Positions 59,022 to 64,000 of a DNA stretch of 64,000 nt are shown piece by piece. A program made the position numbers and the translations under genes. The stretch comes from a virus (lineage: Duplodnaviria > Caudoviricetes): the IMG/VR virus record IMGVR_UViG_3300032237_000809, positions 32,001 through 96,000 of that record, one strand, 5' to 3'. Under the pieces are notes generated by a model. The model saw only the letters and a program-made list of their open reading frames with translations. It made no database searches and was not told the origin of the DNA. The number at the start of each line of letters is the position of its first letter. The first letter of the stretch is position 1.

Positions 59022-60164
59022 ATGATTGATAATATGACAGTTTTCAATTCCCATGAAGTTGATACCAAAAAGCAACCAATGTTTTTTGGACAACCTCTTG
59101 GCATTCAACGATATGATACTTACAAGTATCCTATTTTTGATAAATTGACTCAACAACAATTAAGTTATTTTTGGCGTCCTGAAGAAATATCACTTCAAAA
59201 AGACCGTGGTGATTATCAAACACTTCGACCCGAACAGAAACATATTTTTACTTCTAATCTAAAATATCAAATTATGTTAGATTCCATTCAAGGTCGTGGA
59301 CCAGGAATGGCATTTGCTCCCTACTGCTCACTTCCAGAATTAGAAGCGTGTATGAAGGTTTGGGAATTTATGGAAATGATTCACTCACGATCTTATACAT
59401 ATATTATCAAAAATATATATTCAGATCCTTCGGATGTGTTTGATACTATTCTTAGAGATGAAAAAATTCTTGAACGCGCATATAGTGTAACCGAAGCATA
59501 TGATGATTTTATCAATAGTGCTCAACATTATGGAACTTCTGAACTTTGGAAACACGCTCAAGAACAAGTTCCCTATGCACAGGATCAAAGATATGAACTC
59601 AAAAGAAAGCTCTTTAGAGCAGTTGCAAATGTTAATATTCTTGAAGGTATTCGTTTTTACGTCAGTTTTGCTTGCAGTTTTGCATTTGGCGAACTCAAAC
59701 TTATGGAAGGAAGTGCAAAAATCATCAGTCTGATTGCGCGTGACGAGAATCAACATCTAGTCATTACTCAAAATATTTTGAACAAATGGAAAGAAAGTGA
59801 TGATCCTGATATGAAGAAAATCATGGATGAAGAAGAACCATGGGTATATAAGACCTTTGAAAAAGCAGTCAATCAAGAGAAACTTTGGGCAGAATATCTG
59901 TTCAAAGATGGTTCTATGATTGGTCTGAATGATAAACTTCTTCAGCAATATGTTGAATGGATTGCAAATCGTCGTATGAGGGCGATTGGTTTGAAACCTC
60001 TTTATGATATTCCAGCAAAAAATAATCCACTTCCTTGGACGGAGCATTGGATTTCTTCCAAAGGATTGCAAGTAGCTCCACAAGAAGTGGAAGCGGAACA
60101 ATATTTAATTGGAGGAATTAAACAAGATGTTACCAAAGATACTTTCTCAGGATTCCAATTATGA
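59022..60164 (+). CDS. nrdB: Ribonucleotide reductase class Ia beta subunit
   Basis: FWRPEE, DSIQGR, EMIHSRSY, EGIRFY, RDENQH. Confidence 0.98.
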   Translation: MIDNMTVFNSHEVDTKKQPMFFGQPLGIQRYDTYKYPIFDKLTQQQLSYFWRPEEISLQKDRGDYQTLRPEQKHIFTSNLKYQIMLDSIQGRGPGMAFAPYCSLPELEACMKVWEFMEMIHSRSYTYIIKNIYSDPSDVFDTILRDEKILERAYSVTEAYDDFINSAQHYGTSELWKHAQEQVPYAQDQRYELKRKLFRAVANVNILEGIRFYVSFACSFAFGELKLMEGSAKIISLIARDENQHLVITQNILNKWKESDDPDMKKIMDEEEPWVYKTFEKAVNQEKLWAEYLFKDGSMIGLNDKLLQQYVEWIANRRMRAIGLKPLYDIPAKNNPLPWTEHWISSKGLQVAPQEVEAEQYLIGGIKQDVTKDTFSGFQL

Positions 60165-60288
60165 TGAATGGGTAGAACAGGAAATTTTGAATGCCTTTAA
60201 AGATGCTGCAGAAGTAGATGAATTTATTTTTGGTGATTATAATTATGAAGAAGACTGGTTAGGTAAAATGAATAATGATATCAATTGA
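60127..60288 (+). CDS. Small acidic hypothetical protein (53 aa, not in ORF track)
   Basis: MLPKILSQDSNYDEWVEQEILNAFKDAAEVDEFIFGDY...; overlaps the nrdB end and stops at the terminator. Confidence 0.5.
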   Translation: MLPKILSQDSNYDEWVEQEILNAFKDAAEVDEFIFGDYNYEEDWLGKMNNDIN

Positions 60289-60318
60289 GAGTCCTTTGGG
60301 ACTCTTTTTTTATAAATA
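60288..60318 (+). terminator. Intrinsic terminator fused to late promoter
   Basis: AGAGTCC-TTTG-GGACTCT, T-run, TATAAATA. Confidence 0.8.
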
Positions 60319-60402
60319 AAATTATAAAAAGGTATATTAAATGGAAAGAATTACATCGAATCAAGTAGTTGATTTAATGGAGGCATATCAGGCAGTATAT
60401 GT

Positions 60403-60506
60403 TCCTCAAGAAAATTTAAATGAAGAATTGGTCTGGGAAGAAGTTGAAAATTGGTCCTCAAGAAAATTTAAATGAAGAATTGGTCTGGGAAGAAGTTGAA
60501 AATTGG
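60403..60506 (+). repeat. Perfect 52-bp tandem duplication
   Basis: TCCTCAAGAAAATTTAAATGAAGAATTGGTCTGGGAAGAAGTTGAAAATTGG twice. Confidence 0.95.
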
Positions 60507-61019
60507 GTAAATTCTCTTTTAGAAGAAGGATATGACTTGGGAGATTATGCTTGGGAAGAAATGTATGAGGAATATTTGAGTGAAGTTCCCATGACTGGTA
60601 GCAATCGTCCCACTAAATTAAGTGACCCGTTAGCAAATACAGGACGCGCTATAGGAAGTGCAGCACGTTCTTTTGTTACGGGTTCCTCTAGACCAGGCAA
60701 TACTGGATCTCAATCTACGAGGGCAACACAACCTTCACCAGGAACTTCGACTGGTGGGGGAGGATATGCTGCCGGCCGTACTACAAGTTCACCGGTAACA
60801 CCATATCGTGCAAATGATCCTAGAAGAACTGATACTAGTACAAGATCAAGATTTGCTCGTCCAATGAATGCAGGAACTCCAAGTACAGTTGCCGTCAGAG
60901 GAACTGGTGGATCTTCTACACAAAGACCACCAATTGGATCTTTACCTGCAAGTGCAAGACAACCAACACAATATCCAGCAGGAGTTTCTACTGGTGTTGG
61001 TGGTGGAAATGCTGGTGCC

Positions 61020-61212
61020 TCTAGACCCGCTCCTGCTGCCCCTGCTAGACCAGTTGCTAGACCCTCTGCTGCCGCTCCTAGACCCGCTGCTAGTGCCCCT
61101 GCTGCCGCTCCTAGACCAGTTGCTAGACCGTCTGCTGCTCCTGCTCCTAGTGTCCCTAGATCCGCTACTAGTGCCCCTGCTGCCGCTCCTAGACCCGCTG
61201 CTAGTGCTCCTA
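61020..61212 (+). repeat. Coding minisatellite (Ala-Pro-Arg-Ser repeats)
   Basis: Recurring CCTGCTGCCGCTCCTAGACC / GCTAGTGCCC units encoding APAAAPRP. Confidence 0.85.
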
Positions 61213-61737
61213 GTATATCAAAATCTACATCTCAAGCACCTAGTACATCCCCTGCTGCAACAACTGGTAATCCACCATTAGCACCAAAACCATTACCCCC
61301 AATCATGGGTAAACCAAGTCTTTCATCGCAAGCAGCAGAAATTCGTGCCATGAGACAAAGATCTCAACAACGTATTATCTCACAAGGTGGAACTCCAGCA
61401 ACTGCATTGGTTCAAAGTTTTGATCCATTTGATGTTGTATTGGGACATCTAATTGATGAAGGTTATGCTGATACTGAAGAATCAGCACTCCAAATTATGG
61501 CAAATATGAGTGAAGAGTGGAGAGATGGAATTCTTGATGAAGCAAAAACTGTTATGAGTGTGACATCACCTTCTGAAAAATCCAGAAGATTAAATATATC
61601 CAAAGCTAAACCTTCAGAAAATTTGGAAGGTTAAAGAAGACTGTCTGCTGCCAGAGATATGAAACAACAGGATGTTGATCGTAGGGCTCCTCAAATTGAA
61701 AAAAAAAAAATTAAAAGAAGACATAATATTAATTGAA

Positions 61738-61793
61738 GACTACTTTCCAAACTGTTCATATAGAGGTCTTCGGACCTCTTTTTTTTATAAATA
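61738..61793 (+). terminator. Degenerate dyad box + UUCG terminator + late promoter
   Basis: GACTACTTTCCAAACTGTTCA; AGAGGTC-TTCG-GACCTCT, T-run, TATAAATA. Confidence 0.8.
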
Positions 61794-61820
61794 AGTTTAT
61801 ACAGAAAATATTTTATTAAA

Positions 61821-63356
61821 ATGTCTAACCTATCAACAGAAGTTTTTGGAGATATGAATTTTCTTTATGAGCATATTGCAACTAAAGAAAATGAAAAACT
61901 TAATGAAAACTCTGAATACTATGACGAAGAATTTGCAGAACTTGTAGAGAATATTATTTCTACTATTTCTTTATCAATGGTCTATGAAGGTTATAGTGCA
62001 GAAGGAATTTTATCATTTCTTGCAGATTTTTCAGAAGAAGATATCGTTGAAAGATATTTAAATTTTGATGAAAATATTCTTACGGAAAGTGTAGTTCCTG
62101 AAGAGTATATTGTTGAACAATTAGATATTTTTGATAACGCCATTTCTGAAGGTTTAGGAACAGTAATTGGAAGAGTTGCTAAAGGTGCAGCTTCCCTGGC
62201 AGGAAGAATTGTTTCAAAACCTGCAAGAATGAAGGTTGCACAAAAACTCATGACTAGCACAAATCCTGCTAGAACAGGAAAGGCAGTTGATAGATTGGCA
62301 AGAATGAAGTTGAACAAGGCAGGAGCTCCTGCGGATGTGACTAAAGGTTTAGTAGATGCTGCACCAAATATTTCAACAAAAGCTAGATTAATAGCAACTG
62401 CTCCTGTAATGGGTAAGGTCGTTAAGGGTGTACAAAAAGTAAAAGATATTGCCAGAGGTGCAAAAGCAGCATTAACGGGTTCAACTGCTAAAAAAATTGG
62501 TTTGGGTGCTGCAGCATTAGGTGCTGCTACTGGAGCAGGTTATATTGGTGGTAAGATGTCGGGAGCAGGTGGTGGTCAAGGATCTTCACCAGCAATTGCA
62601 AAATCAACAGGTAAACCCTCTGACAATTTTATGCAAGGTAGTTCTCTTGCTAAACTTGGTGGAAGAGAAGGTAGAGTTAAAGGTGGAGAATTTAGAAGTA
62701 TTAATTGGACGCAACAATCTAGAGATAGGTATAACGCAGCAAATCCATCTACAAAACCTACAGCATCTGCTGCATCTACACCTTCTGCTCCTAGTGGCAG
62801 TGGTGGTGGTTCTGCTGCATCTTCTGGTGGCGGTGGCGGTGGTGCTGGAACAAGAGCACCTTCTGCTGCAAGAGCATCTTCTCCATCAAAAGCATCCTCT
62901 GCTACAAAGGCAAAAGAAACGGGTAAAACTCCAGCAGGAGAGACACCAATGCAGACTTGGGCAAGAACTAATCCAAAACTTGCTGCTAAAGTAAAACTTG
63001 GTCAGTCTGGATACGATGAAATTTCTGCAAAAAGAACTGTACCTGGACCTTATGAAAAACAGGATCAAACTCCAACAACTGGACCAGAACCAACAGAAGC
63101 ACAAAAGACTCAAGCAGGATCAGATGTTGCTGCATATCAGGCAGCAGAAAAGGAAAGATTTAATAAAAAGCAAAAAGAAGTAGCAGCATTAACACAGAAA
63201 GAATCTTATGATGCATATGATTTGGTAATTGAATATTTACTTCATACTGGACATGCAGATACAATCTCTGAAGCAGAATATGTAATATCAAATTTTGATT
63301 CTGATATGCTTGATACTCTTATTGAATCTACAGCAATCTGGATTGAAAATCTTTGA
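61821..63356 (+). CDS. EGY-tag family late protein 5 (divergent), with Gly/Ala hydrophobic segment and low-complexity body
   Basis: Acidic N-terminal region with VYEGYS, IGLGAAALGAATGAGYIGG, C-tag YDAYDLVIEYLLHTGHADTISEAEYVI. Confidence 0.72.
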   Translation: MSNLSTEVFGDMNFLYEHIATKENEKLNENSEYYDEEFAELVENIISTISLSMVYEGYSAEGILSFLADFSEEDIVERYLNFDENILTESVVPEEYIVEQLDIFDNAISEGLGTVIGRVAKGAASLAGRIVSKPARMKVAQKLMTSTNPARTGKAVDRLARMKLNKAGAPADVTKGLVDAAPNISTKARLIATAPVMGKVVKGVQKVKDIARGAKAALTGSTAKKIGLGAAALGAATGAGYIGGKMSGAGGGQGSSPAIAKSTGKPSDNFMQGSSLAKLGGREGRVKGGEFRSINWTQQSRDRYNAANPSTKPTASAASTPSAPSGSGGGSAASSGGGGGGAGTRAPSAARASSPSKASSATKAKETGKTPAGETPMQTWARTNPKLAAKVKLGQSGYDEISAKRTVPGPYEKQDQTPTTGPEPTEAQKTQAGSDVAAYQAAEKERFNKKQKEVAALTQKESYDAYDLVIEYLLHTGHADTISEAEYVISNFDSDMLDTLIESTAIWIENL

Positions 63357-63364
63357 TTACTGAG

Positions 63365-63437
63365 ATTATAACATAATCTAAGGGGGCTTGACAAGTCCTC
63401 TTTTTTTATGTAGACTAGGTTTGTCCCGGTTGAAGAT
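63365..63437. promoter_or_regulatory. 73-bp bidirectional promoter element, copy 2 (also forms a terminator hairpin)
   Basis: TTGACA(63388)-17-TAGACT(63411)-AGG-TTTGTCCCGGTTGAAGAT; minus-strand TTGTCA-18-TATAAT. Confidence 0.75.
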
Positions 63438-63464
63438 AAATAATAACTCATAAGATTACTTAAA

Positions 63465-63914
63465 ATGAGTTATGAAAATCCTTGGATATATCAAGGAGAA
63501 ATATTTGAATCAAATCATATAGGAAATTATTTTGGTTTTGTTTATCTTATATCCTGTAAGACCACCGGTAGAAAATATATTGGACGTAAGTATCTATGGT
63601 CATTCAGAACTCCACCTGGAAAAAAAAGAAAAGTAAAATCGGAGTCTGATTGGAAAAAATATTATGGATCTTGTCCAGAATTAAAAGAAGATGTGAATAA
63701 GTACGGTAAAGAGTTTTTCAGTAGAGAAATAATAAGTCTTCATAAAACCAAGGGTAAATGTAATTTTGAAGAAACACGGCAATTATTCCTAAATAATGTG
63801 CTGACCGAAGCACTTGACACTGGAGAACCTGCATACTACAATTCGCAAATTTTAAGTCGTTATTTTAGGAAAGATTACTTTCATAAAGGATATGTTGCTA
63901 AAATTATTGATTAA
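63465..63914 (+). CDS. GIY-YIG nuclease, conserved T4-like type lacking NUMOD repeats
   Basis: FGFVYLI...TGRKYIGRK, ESDWKKYYGS, F.REI, E, YYN. Confidence 0.8.
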   Translation: MSYENPWIYQGEIFESNHIGNYFGFVYLISCKTTGRKYIGRKYLWSFRTPPGKKRKVKSESDWKKYYGSCPELKEDVNKYGKEFFSREIISLHKTKGKCNFEETRQLFLNNVLTEALDTGEPAYYNSQILSRYFRKDYFHKGYVAKIID

Positions 63915-63950
63915 TGCTAAGATAGAAGCATCAATACTTCTCTAAATACT

Positions 63951-64000
63951 ATGGTTACACTTGAAACCACGCTTCGTAAATCACATGATTGGGCAATCGA
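63951..64000 (+). CDS. Start of hypothetical protein (runs off the window)
   Basis: MVTLETTLRKSHDWAI, open to the window edge. Confidence 0.4.
   Translation, partial: MVTLETTLRKSHDWAI

Larger units (their letters stand above)
60341..61634 (+). pseudogene. EGY-tag family late protein 4, frameshifted by a 52-bp tandem duplication
   Basis: ATG 60341 gives N-tag VDLMEAYQAVY but stops at 60475; the rest (LLEEGYDLGDYAW, Ala/Pro/Arg body, C-tag HLIDEGYA..MSEEWRDGILDEA) is in another frame. Confidence 0.75.

Noticed and set aside
60403-61212. Repeats as a possible CRISPR array
   Set aside because: No unique spacers; one is a direct tandem duplication, the other codes for Ala/Pro/Arg repeats; no cas genes
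61632-61634. Stop-codon reassignment suggested by open codons after TAA
   Set aside because: All core genes read normally in code 11 and end with TAA, TAG or TGA; this is an isolated case
27490-63356. EGY family as a diversity-generating retroelement or toxin-immunity array
   Set aside because: No reverse transcriptase, no adenine-specific template/variable repeat pair, no recognisable toxin folds or linked immunity genes in the window

Overview
AT-rich, essentially all plus-strand segment of a T4-like cyanomyovirus (Kyanoviridae-type gene order and content; cyanobacterial host inferred from the cobS/mazG/hsp20 content, no photosynthesis genes in this window). It runs from tail/packaging/head genes (gp15-gp23, gp3) through recombination and late transcription (uvsY, uvsW, gp55, gp47/46) to replication and nucleotide metabolism (gp45/44/62, regA, gp43, uvsX, gp41, mazG, gp61, nrdA/B), plus tRNA-Ala(UGC). 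Selfish elements are abundant: eight free-standing homing-endonuclease-like ORFs, a LAGLIDADG intein with the class-3 W-C-T signature in terminase, an atypically split terminase intein (28-aa IntN starting with Ser) and a gp41-1-like split helicase intein. The best candidate for an undescribed system is a family of five paralogous ORFs with hypervariable basic or low-complexity bodies framed by conserved acidic 'EGY' tags. Each sits in a self-insulated late-expression cassette dropped into the replication/recombination region, one of them between the two halves of the split helicase. These, and several proteins with T4 capsid-targeting-like N-termini, look like a protease-processed virion cargo repertoire. 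A second unexplained feature is a 73-bp bidirectional promoter element present twice, inverted, 40 kb apart. All family assignments are from motif recognition only; no database searches were run.
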